Assembly: GCA_030704615.1 (NCBI GenBank)
Contig: CM060732.1
Location: 71,734,001 to 71,798,000 of the forward strand
Reading direction: 5' to 3'
Origin: Takakia lepidozioides
Taxonomy: Eukaryota; Plantae; Bryophyta
DNA: 64,000 nucleotides
How positions within the stretch are numbered: the stretch's first letter is position 1; every line of letters starts with the position of its first letter. The notes under the pieces were generated by a model. The model made no database searches. It saw only the letters and a program-made list of their open reading frames with translations, and was not told where the DNA came from. This document shows positions 37,366 to 49,300 of the stretch, piece by piece. A program made the translations under genes and the position numbers.

Positions 37366-38884
37366 CGCCAGTGAACGGCCGCGTTGGCCGACTCTGCCCT
37401 GTGCGCGGCCATAGGGCTCGCCCTGACGGGCTCGCCCAAAGGCCGTACAAGGGCAGAATCGGCCAAACACGGCCCGTTCTCTAGTACGTAAGAGCCGGGA
37501 AATGGACCTGTGCTCCTGGGGGGTTTCCGGGCGAGCAAGTGAGGGGGGGACACGGCAGCCAAAAGGGGTCGTAAGTACCCGGCCAGGATTTCTTAGTTAT
37601 CCAACAAAGTCATGTTGAAATTGCAACAGCAGGTCAAAATCTGCACTAATAATTGCACTCCACTTTTTTTTTCTTTTCTTTTCTTAAAGGACACTCCACT
37701 GGTTAGTGCATAAATTATGAATGAAAGCCTTGGAATTTTTTAATATTAAAAAATACAAAAAAACATAAAAGAAAAAAATCTGATCTGACTTCTAAACCAA
37801 CTCTCCAACAGAGTGGTTGCAAGGTGGGACCCCTGAAACCTGGGGGGGCAAGGCCACCTGACCGGGCCTTCAGGGGGCCACCCGCTCTCAGATATCGCAA
37901 TAGATGATGGTTATTGACCACATTCTGGATTTTTTTTTAATTTGTTAGATTGTATGTAGGGATTCTGGCTATTGACTTGCTCGCCGACATTCTCCCCCTT
38001 GTCACTTTCCATGTAGACACAGAGGGAGCACGGGTCTCGACTCTACAGGCACTTCCATGTGCACACCTTGTCGTACTATAAAAGGGCCACCTTCATACGA
38101 GATGGGGTTGACCAAGGGTTCTACCCCATTGACTCTTTGAATGCTCCCTGTGACACTGCACGACGGGTCACTGCTGCAGGAAGATCTACATGCGAGACGT
38201 GTTACAAGGTCTGAGGTTGCTTTTGGAATCGAGATCTCACACGCGTTCCTTTCTCTCTCGTTCTCTCTCGCAGTTCCCATCTACTTACGAACTGGAGTAT
38301 GGAATGGAATGGAAGAGTGCCCAAACACAATAAAAATGGGATGCGTTGACAAAGCAAGCGTAAATTATGATATCACTTGACCTCGACCTTCCCCAACCTT
38401 CAGTAGAAGGTGGACACTGGACACCTTTATGACATCCTTCCCATCCAGAACAATAACATTGAACAATGCAGCAAGACTTTGTAAGCTTTTCTTCTCATCA
38501 TCCTGGCAAAGAAGGCATATCGATCCTTTCTTGGCACTCAGACATCCAATTGGGGTCTTCAAGCATCATCATCAAGCATCAACAATATGGAATAGAACAG
38601 TGAAAAAGCGATCTGGGGCTGGCACCAGACAACCAGCAATTGGATTTCAGTGCAGACAGTGCTGAAAATGCTTGTTCCACCCCATAGCACCCTCATGCCC
38701 AGAGTCACACAGGAAAGAAACTTTTAATGTCCAACAGGAAGTTCGGAGCTTAGGGACCAAGAATAAACCAAAAAATTAGTGGCAGAACACCCCTGCACTC
38801 CAAGCCCTCAGTGAAACCATAGTACTGTAGAAGAGAAGTCCAGGAATTTATGGGAAAAAGACAGTCATTTGAGACATTGAGAGA

Positions 38885-41800
38885 TTGTACTCATAAGACG
38901 TTGTTTGCCGTAGCCTTGTGGCCATTGACCCCGCGCCCAGTTTGAGCGGGAACAAAAGGGACAGAACCTATCTCTGTCAGGGGCTGATGTTGGTAGTAAG
39001 ACTTACCTTCATATATAGAATTAATCCGGGTTTTCCAGATATCCTCTAGAAATCCCTTCACACAAGCATCAATCTGTTGTGTGTGATTTGCCCAAAAACT
39101 AGGCCTCAAGAGGGCCTGGGCTTTTGGCTCAGCCTCGAGACTTTCAAAGTTGGTAAACAGGAGTACAGGCACAATTCCCTTGATAGATTTGAAGAGAGCG
39201 TCTCTTTGGTGAGAGAACCCCGGACAGTGTATCAAAAAATGAATATTGTCTTCAGATTGCCCACACAACGGGCAATTGCACTCTCCCTTTCCTCTCTGCT
39301 TTTGTTTGATGTTCAAAGGTAGGCTTCCTACCCTGAGTTTAAATTTCAGTCTAGTGCCGAGAGTGGGTAGACCCTTGAGGTCATCCAAGATGTCCTAGTA
39401 CGGATCTGCAATATGGGTTGATAACTCCAACCAGGATAAGTCTCTAGAATCCATTCAAGTGGGGGTGCTTAAGGAGTGTATGTCAGCATGCTCCAAAACA
39501 GCCAATGTGGCTGTTCGGGGTGAGTTTGGCATTCCGTCCTTAAGCTCCCGATGAGATGAATTCAAGGTCAGATGGTGGGGTCAGGTGCAACATATGTCCA
39601 ACACCAGATATCCTAAGTTAATCGACTCTATATCTTGGAAACAGGACCGCCCTGTCAACAGGCTAAGTCCTGGCAGAAGAGAGTAGAAGAGATTCTCAAG
39701 GACCTGGACCTGGATCCGCAAGTCTTGACCCTGCTGCATAAATCTGACTTAGAGGCTGTAGTATCCAAAGCCATGTCTGTTGCCATGAGATTGTATGATG
39801 AAAATGAAGTTAGGCAGAAAACTTCCCTGAACTTGTTTCTAGTCAGTGACATGGGGGCCAAGACAGGTCTAATAACGCGACAAAGCATGGTTTTCTTAAC
39901 CTCAGAGTTGACCCCTCTGCAGTGGAAAAATTTAGCGAGCCCCAGAGCTTTGCCCTTGCCAGTTTGAACAACTTTCCGGATATGTGCATCCCAATTACAA
40001 TTGGAGGAAAACTCAACGCCCGGGTAAGTGTAGGAAGGGAGGACCGGGATCCCTTGGCTACCCCACTGCCACTTAAGATCACTTCCTCCCTCTCCTCTGT
40101 CGTTGAATGCTACCACTGCACATTTGCTGACATTAGCCTCTAGCCCCCAAAGATCAAAGTATCTCTTCGCGCAATCAATCAACTCCTGGAGACTGGTTGG
40201 AGTCTCCCCTATGCCTGCGAAGTCATCCGCAAACATAAGGGCTGGTATGGCGGTATCACCCACCCTTAACCCAAATCCCTCACTTTCCACATCCTCGAGG
40301 AGTTGATTGATGAAAACATTGAAGAGCAGAGGGGAGAGAGTACATCCTTGAGCTACACCTTGGTCTATGTCAAAGAAGTTGGACTTCTGTCCGTTAACAG
40401 TGACACAGCTTTTGGTGTGAGCATGCAAGTTGTGGACAACTCTCCACATCTTTCCCTTGATCCCACAAGACCAGAGGCGGAACCATAGGCCATCTCTCCA
40501 CACTGTGTCATAAGCCTTTTTGACATCCAGGAAAAAAACATAAGTGGGTTTCCCTTCTTTTTTCCTTCCCTGGATAATCTGGCTTAGAGTGAAGATATGA
40601 TCCACACAGCCCCGCCGAAAGCCAGCTTGGCCTTCGTGGAAACAACCTCTAGACTCCAGATCAACCTCGAGACGAGTACTTATAACTCTACAGAATGTCT
40701 TGCCAACAACATTGAGGAGCGTGATGCCACGGTAGTTCCCCGGTTCTTCTCTGTCACCCTTCTTGTATAGATTGACAATGACCCCCTGTCGCCAGCGAAA
40801 CGGGATCATTTCAGTCTTCCAGATAAGGTTAAAGAGGAGAACTAGGGCCTCTATCATGGGATCGCCACCGTGCTTGATAAGCTCGTTGACAATACCACCA
40901 GGTCCACCAGCTTTATATCCATTTAAATGTTCAATTGCTTCCACAATCTCAGAAGAACTAATGGGAGCGTTATAAGCCATTGAAATATACTCTAGTTCAT
41001 CAAGGCTGTTCTGAATCATAGGAACAGTTTTTCCAACTGTGTCCCTCCATTCAGCAGAAGACCCCTCACTGTTAGACCTAGAAGTTCTGCCAAGGATACT
41101 GTAGTGAGTTTCAAAGGTTTTGACAATGTCAACCAATGAAGTCACCACTGCACCTTTAGTAGTCTTCAGTGCTTGTACTTGCTGACCGATTTTCGGCTTG
41201 TACAAACGTTGAAGGGCCAACCAGAATTTCTTGTCATTACCACCATGGTGGTTTGAGTTTATTTCACTGTATAACTTGTCCCAGTATAATTTCTTCTGAG
41301 ACCTAACAAGCTGATTGATATCTTTACGGAGCTGGTAGTACCTCGCCCACAATTCTCTGTTGGCTTTCAAATTGCAGCACTCTTTATAGGGGGCTCGTCT
41401 CTAAGCTATCTTGAGTTTAATCTCATTGGTCCACCAATTAACAGCTCTACCGCAGACAATTAGTTTCCTCCCAATGATCTTGTCAGCCACGGAGGAAACG
41501 AAACTCTCCCAAGAGTCCACTGCTCTTTCGACTTCATTTCTTGCGTTGTCAGAGCGAGACTGAAGTTCTTGGAGCGATTGGACAAAATGAGGGAGAGCCT
41601 GTTGCAAGGCCTGGACGTACTCAGCCTTGACCTCCTCATTATGGAATTTTTCTATGCGCCACTTCCGAATCGAACGTTTCACAAATCTCTTGGTGTTGGG
41701 AAAACACCTTTTGATCTCAGTCCAAACCAGGAAGTGGTCAGAGGTACCAATATCAGTTCTGTCGATCAACACATTGGCACACTGGGGAAACAAATTTTTG

Positions 41801-42168
41801 TCCATTATGATATAGTCCACAATGGATCGTTCCCCAATTTGGGATTTCTCACGAGTCCACTGCACTTGGTCACCTCTTGTCCTGTTATTCAAGGTCAAAA
41901 GCTGAAGCTCTTCCAGACAGTTAATTAACCGTCTGCCATTAGAATTCAGCTCGTCCTCACCAAAAGGCCCAATGATATCGTCCTGATGGAGCCCTTTGCC
42001 CACCCGGGCATTGAAGTCACCCAATAGCACCACCTGACCTTTGGCTTCAGTTTTAGCCAGATACTATGCTCATACCTCAAACCCTTGTTGATAATTTCAC
42101 AATTATCAAACAAGAAATTGCGGACAAAGAATCCAACCCCTTTTTGGCAGCGTTTGGCAGAGGCTGCC
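38885..42168 (-). mobile_element. 5'-truncated non-LTR retrotransposon (APE endonuclease, RT, C-terminal zinc finger), with an internal inversion
   Basis: VLLGDFNARVG, IVDYII, SDHFLVW (APE); NYRGITLL, FLDVKKAYDTV, GVAQGCTLSPLLF, LMFADD (RT); CPLC..HFLIHC; in-frame TAG at 41401; 16-bp TSD TTGAGACATTGAGAGA at 38869-38884 and 42169-42184. Confidence 0.93.
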
Positions 42169-42655
42169 TTGAGACATTGAGAGACATAGAGAGAGAGAGA
42201 GATGTAGGTAACAATGGAAAGTGCACTGAGGGGAAAGTCCATGACATTGTAGAGATACAAAAAACTTGTGAAGTGCTTGAAGGTAAAACTTGAGCAAGCT
42301 GTAGAATGAGCAGCATGTACAACATCAGCAAATTTTACTGCAATATGAGCAATAAGCAATAGCAAGAGTCCAACAATCAGTTAAGTGAGCTTCATATTTG
42401 GGCTACTGTATAGTAACATATAGCTTCAATGTAAACGCATGACAACCAAGACCAACGAACACTGAACACTCGCAACCATAACCAAAGTTGTCACTGAACT
42501 CGATGACCGAGTGGAAAAACACAATACACACATCTCAAACGTTCGACAGCATAGTCACTTGAGGATAGGCCAAAAGAACTGGACCCTCTTCTCTCAGCCA
42601 ACCATTTGGTCCCAAACCAAGCTTCTGAGTCAGTCAAGGTGGACTACTCTTGTTT

Positions 42656-44307
42656 TCATGTGGCTGTCAGTGCACCACTCCTCCGTGCAGACTCCACCAA
42701 GTCTCTACAGTAAGCTCTGACCCTTTTTATGTTCTCGCAAGATACGTCAGATAACAAGAAACCATGTGGAGGAATAGTTTGAGAGGAAGATCCACGAGAG
42801 TCCTGAAGGAATTTTTGGACCATGTCAACAGCTCGGTGAGTTTCCCCTCCTGAAACAAAACTTCCAACCCAAATCTTTTTATTGACAGCATTCCACTCTC
42901 GTACGCGAACTTCAGCTACATATTTCCCTGTCTCTGGACGAAAACGGACCAAGGGATGATCGGCGTCTCTCGGCAGGTTGTCTATGATGCCAGAATCATG
43001 GGGAGTCCCTGACATAGCACTTGTATCTCCCGGGAGACTCATTTGAAAACCAGCTATCCCCATCCCTCCACTTCCAAATATGTTGTCATGTTGTTGCTCA
43101 TAACATGGAGAAGGGATCAGAACACATGTCTCAGGTAGAATATTTTCGTTCACGGTGGAGCCGCCTCTTACTTGATCGGCTTCACTTGCCGGGAGATCGT
43201 GAGTCATCCCGACTGGTGGTTCCTGCTGTTTTGAAGACAAAGGTATCAGTGGTGAAATCAGTGGTTTTTTTCAACATCTCTTGGCTAGCTAGCAGTACTT
43301 GCAGAATACGGAAATGAGGTCCATTAGTAATGCATGAGTGCCAATAATCAACCATTTAAAAAGTCGCACATTATTGCCGGACCTTCTGTTGGTTGTGGGT
43401 GGCATAATTGGTTGTCACTTGATCTTGCAAATCCTACCTGTGGCAGCTGCAGATCCAATTGTTGAACTTCTTGATGGACTGCCGGATGTTGCATTAAATT
43501 TTCTGGAACATCATTGTACGACTCCTGAATCTGGAAGTAATCATCGTAGTTGAAGTACTCATCAACCTCCATTTGCAGCTGCTGCTTGTGGATCGTTTCT
43601 ATGAAAGAATGGATGTCGGAATTACCATGCCCTGGCAGTTCCAGATGGCCAGACTTTGATGATGCAGACCTCTCCAAACTTAGCCCCTCTCCTCCATCAT
43701 CTGCCAGCGCACCATTTAGGGTGGAGTCACCTCCATTATTACTGACCTTCTGTTGGTTGCGGGCATCATAATCAGTTGAGTACTCCTTGTAGTTGAAGTA
43801 CTCATCAAACCATGCATCCTCCATTGGCAGCTGCAGCTTGTGGCCTTCGCATGTTTGAACTTCTTGAGGGACTGCCAGACATTGCATTAGGTTTGTCCTA
43901 ATAAGTTGAAGTCTGTAACTGGTTTCACCTCATGTTAGTGTCCATTTCGTGAAAATCATCAACAAAAGAACAGCAAACAACCAACCGAACATCATCCCAA
44001 TGTTGCTCAAGTACAGACTACTGTGGCAGCTGCTGGTCTCCACATGGGTCATGATCTGCTTGATAGATTGGCAGGGTCATTGCTATAGAATCAATGTTGG
44101 CTTACCATGTTCCACATTGCCAGACTCCAATAATGCAGAAATTAGCCCCTCTCCTCCATCTTCTGCCAACCCACCAGTGTCTTGGACTTCCAAGCGCACT
44201 GGTAAGTAACTGGATAATTCATCCTCTGAAGGTGGGTTAGGTGCAAAGATTAGCGCAGCTTCGACATCTTCATGAGAATAGTTACTGTTCAGAGCCACCC
44301 TCCTCAA
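42656..44307 (-). pseudogene. Atypical AP2 gene, copy C (internally duplicated, AP2 C-terminus deleted)
   Basis: PLVRFRPETGKYVAEVRVREWNAVNKKIWVGSFVSGGETHRAVDMVQKFL joins directly to QDSRGSS, lacking the CNKSAPYNF segment; the LAEDGGEGL..HG module occurs twice; split into three ORFs. Confidence 0.75.
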
Positions 44308-45699
44308 ATATCAGACCATACATGTGCATAATAGCATACATTTACCTCGGTTAGCCTCAGTTACCTAGGTCTTCCAACATTTAGGTGAACTAACTGTAAC
44401 AAAAGAAAAGCACAACCTGTAACTTGGATACCTCCTACTTACAGATAAATAGCTCCAGAGAGTACAATTTAGCAAAAGTAAACTGGAGCTCCTGTCACTA
44501 TGGCTTACATCCTTTAGATGGGCAGTTTTCCCACCCCTCAGCCCCCTTTCCAGACCAGTAACCACCAGTTAAACACTCTGGCGCCCTTTCAATCAAACGA
44601 CCATACATTTTAAGCAAACTCCAAGCTTAGTTATGTGCAAGAACCCATCTTCATGATCTTCATACAAAAAAAAGCCAAGTGTACTTAGTTCTTGGCGCCT
44701 TCATGGAAGTTACATCTATGCAAGAGGAAGCCATGGCCATGCAATTAGAGTCAGGCCCCACGTAATTCTGAAATTGCGATAGCTCCAACCCTTCACCAAA
44801 TACCGAGAAACAAATTACAATCATGTACTTAAGCAAAAGCTTATCCTTCTGCAAGCATTTGAGCAAATCATTACAAACCACTGAAGTACATACCCTAGTA
44901 TACAGAAGTCGTGGTATGCTCCCTGCCTCTAAGGGTGGTTTCTAGCCCAGACTTTCATTCGATCAAGACTTTGAACTGCACCAAGAAACTTTTTTGGCGT
45001 CCCACTCCCAAACGCAAGTGGAATACAATTCCAAACTAAGTTCTCGAACTTCATTTTCCCAATTAACTTACAATTAGGGTTCAACTGAGAGACACACACA
45101 CACGCTGAGGGATCCAGAAAACGCTGGAATAATCATAGACCAAACACAAAGTAAAATGTAGAGGAAAAATCCAAGAGAGCTATTGAGACATTGGGAACAG
45201 AGCCACCGCGCAGGGGGCTGTGGCTAATCGGTCGCAGTTGCAGATTTATTCTTCCCCCCCCGTGTTCACAGAGATGAAAGCGAGCTGCAAACAACTGACA
45301 CTAATAAAACTTCCAGTTCGTTGTTGACTGGGAGAGACTACACTTGGACCTAAAGTATAATTGGGCATCCCCACGAACAAACCTCCGATGGCGCTTGCCA
45401 AGAATGGTTTCCATGTCCTCGGTCTGAGTCCGATAGAAGCAGCATTCTGGTGTTCGAAGACCAGGGCACTGGGCACACGTGAGATTCGGCAAACTGGCGA
45501 CAAAATGACCGAGTTCAGCCACTCGATGTCTTGGATCAAACTCTTCCAGACTCGCAGAAGAATCGCTGTCCGGCATCTTTCCGAGCTTCTATTCAACACT
45601 TGCAGCACTCTCTTTGAAGCCGATGCTTCCTCCCTCTCTCTCTTCCAGTCCACAACATCTTACCACATCCATCTCACTGGCGCAGCAAGCTTCGAAGCA

Positions 45700-45890
45700 G
45701 CTTTTATACCCACATGACGCCATCGCTCTTCGACAGACGAGCTGTCACACGTGCTAGATGGATGGACAAAACGTACATTTTTTTCGTACATCAGGATCTG
45801 TTAAGAGCATGCAACGAACGTGGCGGACTTCTCTCGTCGATTATTCATTCACATCCATAGTATCATCCGTCGTAGCGGCTACGTACCATG
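45700..45890 (-). promoter_or_regulatory. Candidate promoter of the atypical AP2 genes (TATA, G-box, CGTAC cluster)
   Basis: Minus-strand TATAAAA at 45702-45708, CACGTG at 45748-45753, CGTAC at 45772, 45785 and 45882; equivalent motifs at ~36654-36720 and ~24970-25190. Confidence 0.45.
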
Positions 45891-45988
45891 TTTTACACCT
45901 ACGGCGGCAACGTTGATGGCGGCGACGTTGATTTCAATGTGACTGGATAGTTTCTCGTATTTGACCTCGTCAATAAGTGTATAGTAAG

Positions 45989-46332
45989 TATAAGGACATG
46001 GCCGAGCACAGTGGGGTTGTGAGCCGGAATCGGCCAGCTAACCCCACTTCATGCTTAACCGGGCGCAGAGAGAATCTCCGATGCGCATTTTGTGGATCCT
46101 GTTGAGGGGTTGCCGGGGATAAAGTTATCGGAAATTTGATCGGGGGTTATCAACTGTACATGGGGAGGTCCGTTTGGGCGTTATGCTGATGTAATAAGTC
46201 GATGGATTTTACCTCCAGGCTCTTGGAATTCCACGCTTCCAATATAAAATGTCGTCGTGGGAACTGGAAGGCCGGGGCGGAAAGGGAGGAATGATCTTTT
46301 GTTTGTGTTCAGTTGTGTTCTCGTTCTTAACA
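45989..46332 (+). repeat. Putative 5' LTR (short, divergent)
   Basis: Its last ~40 nt (tgatcttttgtttgtgttca.tt.tgttctcgt.ctt.aca) match the 3' LTR end; the start tataaggacatggcc resembles tgtcacggacatagcc; the interior does not match. Confidence 0.6.
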
Positions 46333-49300
46333 GTTTGGCGAGACTAAAATTTGTTCCTTAGTTAGTTAAGATGGAAAACATATTTGCGGAAATGGTCGTC
46401 ATTTTGCAGAGTCTTCAGCTTTAGATGCAAGAACTTCGTACCTCTACCGCCCAATTACAAGCTGATCGGTCTCAAGATCTTGACAACGCTCTCTGTAATT
46501 TGCAACAACAAATTTCAGAGTTAAATGAGTCGAACAATGGATCTTCAATCATACAAGTCCCTACTGCAACAACTCATACTGCAATGGTTCATCTTCAACA
46601 GATTACGAGAGAACCAAAGATCAGCATGCCCGATAAATTTGATGGGACGAGATCAAGATTTTTATTCAATAAGTACGATTGTTTCTACGACTACATCCAC
46701 AATGTTACCCCGATAAAGGTATTCAAGTGGGATTCGTAGGCACCATTTTATTAGGCACTGCCATATCTGGGTTTGCACCGCTATTAGAAAAAAAAATCGC
46801 ATTTACTATACAATTTTGAAGCGTTCATGTCCGAGTTCACTGCAACGTTTGGAGAGAATGATAGAGAGAGAGTTGCAGAGACAAAGATGCAAAATCTTCG
46901 ACAAGGAGTACGTCCTGCTGCCGTCTATGCTGCCGAATTTTGACAACTTGTGTGCGACCTCGACTGCAATGAGAAGAGCCTCATTAGTCAGTTTCGATGT
47001 GGGCTAAAAGATGATGTAAAATATTTGTTGCTGACAATGCCAAACGTGAGTACATTGAGCGAATTCATCACCCAAGTCATTGCATGCGATAATCGTTTGT
47101 TCAAAAGACGTCAAGAGAAGCCATCTGGATGATCGACGACGCACTATGCCACTGCTACTACGGCACCAAATACAACGATCCATCAGACATCCGGCAGTGA
47201 TCCTATGTAGATTGATGTTATCCGATTCAAACTATTGACGCCACAAGAAAAACAAAGACGACGCTCGAATGAATTATGCCTCTATTGCGGAGAAGAAGAT
47301 CACATAGCAATAAATTGCCATAACAAAAGAAGATTCAAAGCTCGGGACGCAACTCAAGTGTTCGAAATGAAGAGGTCGGAAAACGAAGATGTCTAGTCAC
47401 AGTAGGGACCATGCATGTTCAATTATGAAGATAGTATGATCTTCAAATGAAAAGTTGGTTTGTCATTACTGGCTAAACTCACTTGTCAAGTTTTTGTGGG
47501 CAAAGCCCTGGCTTGCTTGTTGTTGGGTACCAACAAAAGGGCTTAGGAGGGCTGTGTAAAACACATCAGCATCTGAAGTGCGCTGGAAGAGCAAGACAGA
47601 TAAACCTTCGCTGCCACAGAGGTAGAAGCTTGCTGCTCTTGGGAGTCCCTGAGAACCATGGCTTGAGATATTGTGTTCTTTTTGTCTCCCAGGCAACTGA
47701 TGGAGCATCAACAACAGCAGCGACATGATGCCAACCGACCCGGTCAGGTGTGTGAGCTGATATTTTATCTCATCACCATTTTGGTCCCTGTGCTTTCAAC
47801 TTTTTCGGGTCCTACCAGTAAGGTTTATACCAAAAAAATGTCTATTTGTACCTCCAGACCCTGCACCTTGCTTCACAGTTCCGGTAAAAATCAGAGTGTA
47901 AAATCGAGATATCTCTGTAGAAGCAATTTTGGACTCAGGGGCTTCAACATGTTTTATTGACAAAAACTTTGCGAAGTAACATAATTTAACATTCGTAAAG
48001 AAGAAAATCTCGGCCTCCGTTGAAGTCATCGATGGACGACCGTTAGCATCAGGAAATGTTGACCATGAAACTCGACCACTTGAAGTGAGGCTTAAAGATC
48101 AAGCATCACATATTGTTTTCAACGTCATCCAGTCTTCAACGATTCATGTGATCCTTGGACTTCCCTGGTTCGTACTTCACAATCCTGATATTGACTGACG
48201 ATCGCGAAAAATTTCTGCAAGACAAAAATGTAGAAATATCAAAGGTATTCAACCTCTGTTCCTTGGAGCTAGAGCTTTCTTGAGAGCTACCAAAAATGAT
48301 GCGACATTTGCACTCTATGCAACTCCGATAAAGACCACAACAGACAAATGTACTTCAACATTACCCACTCAATATCAAGATTTCAAGGATGTCTTCGAGA
48401 AGAAAAATGCAGACGTATTGCCAAGAACATCGACCTCATGATTGTGCAATTGAGTTACAAGAAGGAGCCCAACCACCATTCGGCCTAATCTATAACTTAT
48501 CCCAAACAGAGTTGGTTGCATTACGTGAATACATTCATGAAAATTAGTCGAAGAACTTCATCCGACATTCAAAATTACCTACGGGGGTGCCTATCTTGTT
48601 TGTGACAAAGAAAGACGGATCATTACGCATGTGTGTAGACTATCGCGGTCTCAACAAAGTTACAATTAAGAATCGTTATCCGTTGCCGCTGATTTCTGGG
48701 CTTCTCGATCAGCTGGGACGAGCGAAGATGTTCACCAAAATTGACTTGAGAGGAGCTTATAACCTTGTACAGATAAAACAAGGAGACAAATGGAAAACAA
48801 CTTTTCGAACAATGTATGAACATTTTGAATACAATGTTATGCATTTCGGTCTTACAAATGCTCCAGCAATTTTCCAACATATGATGAATGACATCTTTCG
48901 AGAATTTTTAGATGAGTTTGTAGTCATTTATTTGGACGACATTTTGATATTTTCACAGTGAAGAACATAGCCGTCATGTACGCCTTGTCTTTGATAAATT
49001 AAGAGAAAGAGGATTATATGTTAAGTTGGAAAAATATCTTTTATATCAATTTGAGGTCGAATTTTTGGGCTACATTATTTCCGACAAATGCGTCTTTATG
49101 GATCAGAAAAAAATACGAACCATAATCGAGTGGATTAAACCAACTTCGGTTCGAGATGTATATTGTTTTCTGGGATTCGCTAATTTCTATAAAATCTTCA
49201 TCAAAGACTACTCCAAAATTGCCGTACCATTGACATGACTCATAGGGAAAAACAAATTTGTATGAGACGAGAAGGCTGACCAGACATTTGAAAGGCTGAA

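Noticed and set aside
39635-39967. Independent plus-strand gene
   Set aside because: It is the inverted internal segment of the LINE ORF read through the junction.
47376-47386. Ribosomal frameshift site GGAAAAC at the gag end
   Set aside because: Not a perfect slippery heptamer and the element is too degraded to establish frames.
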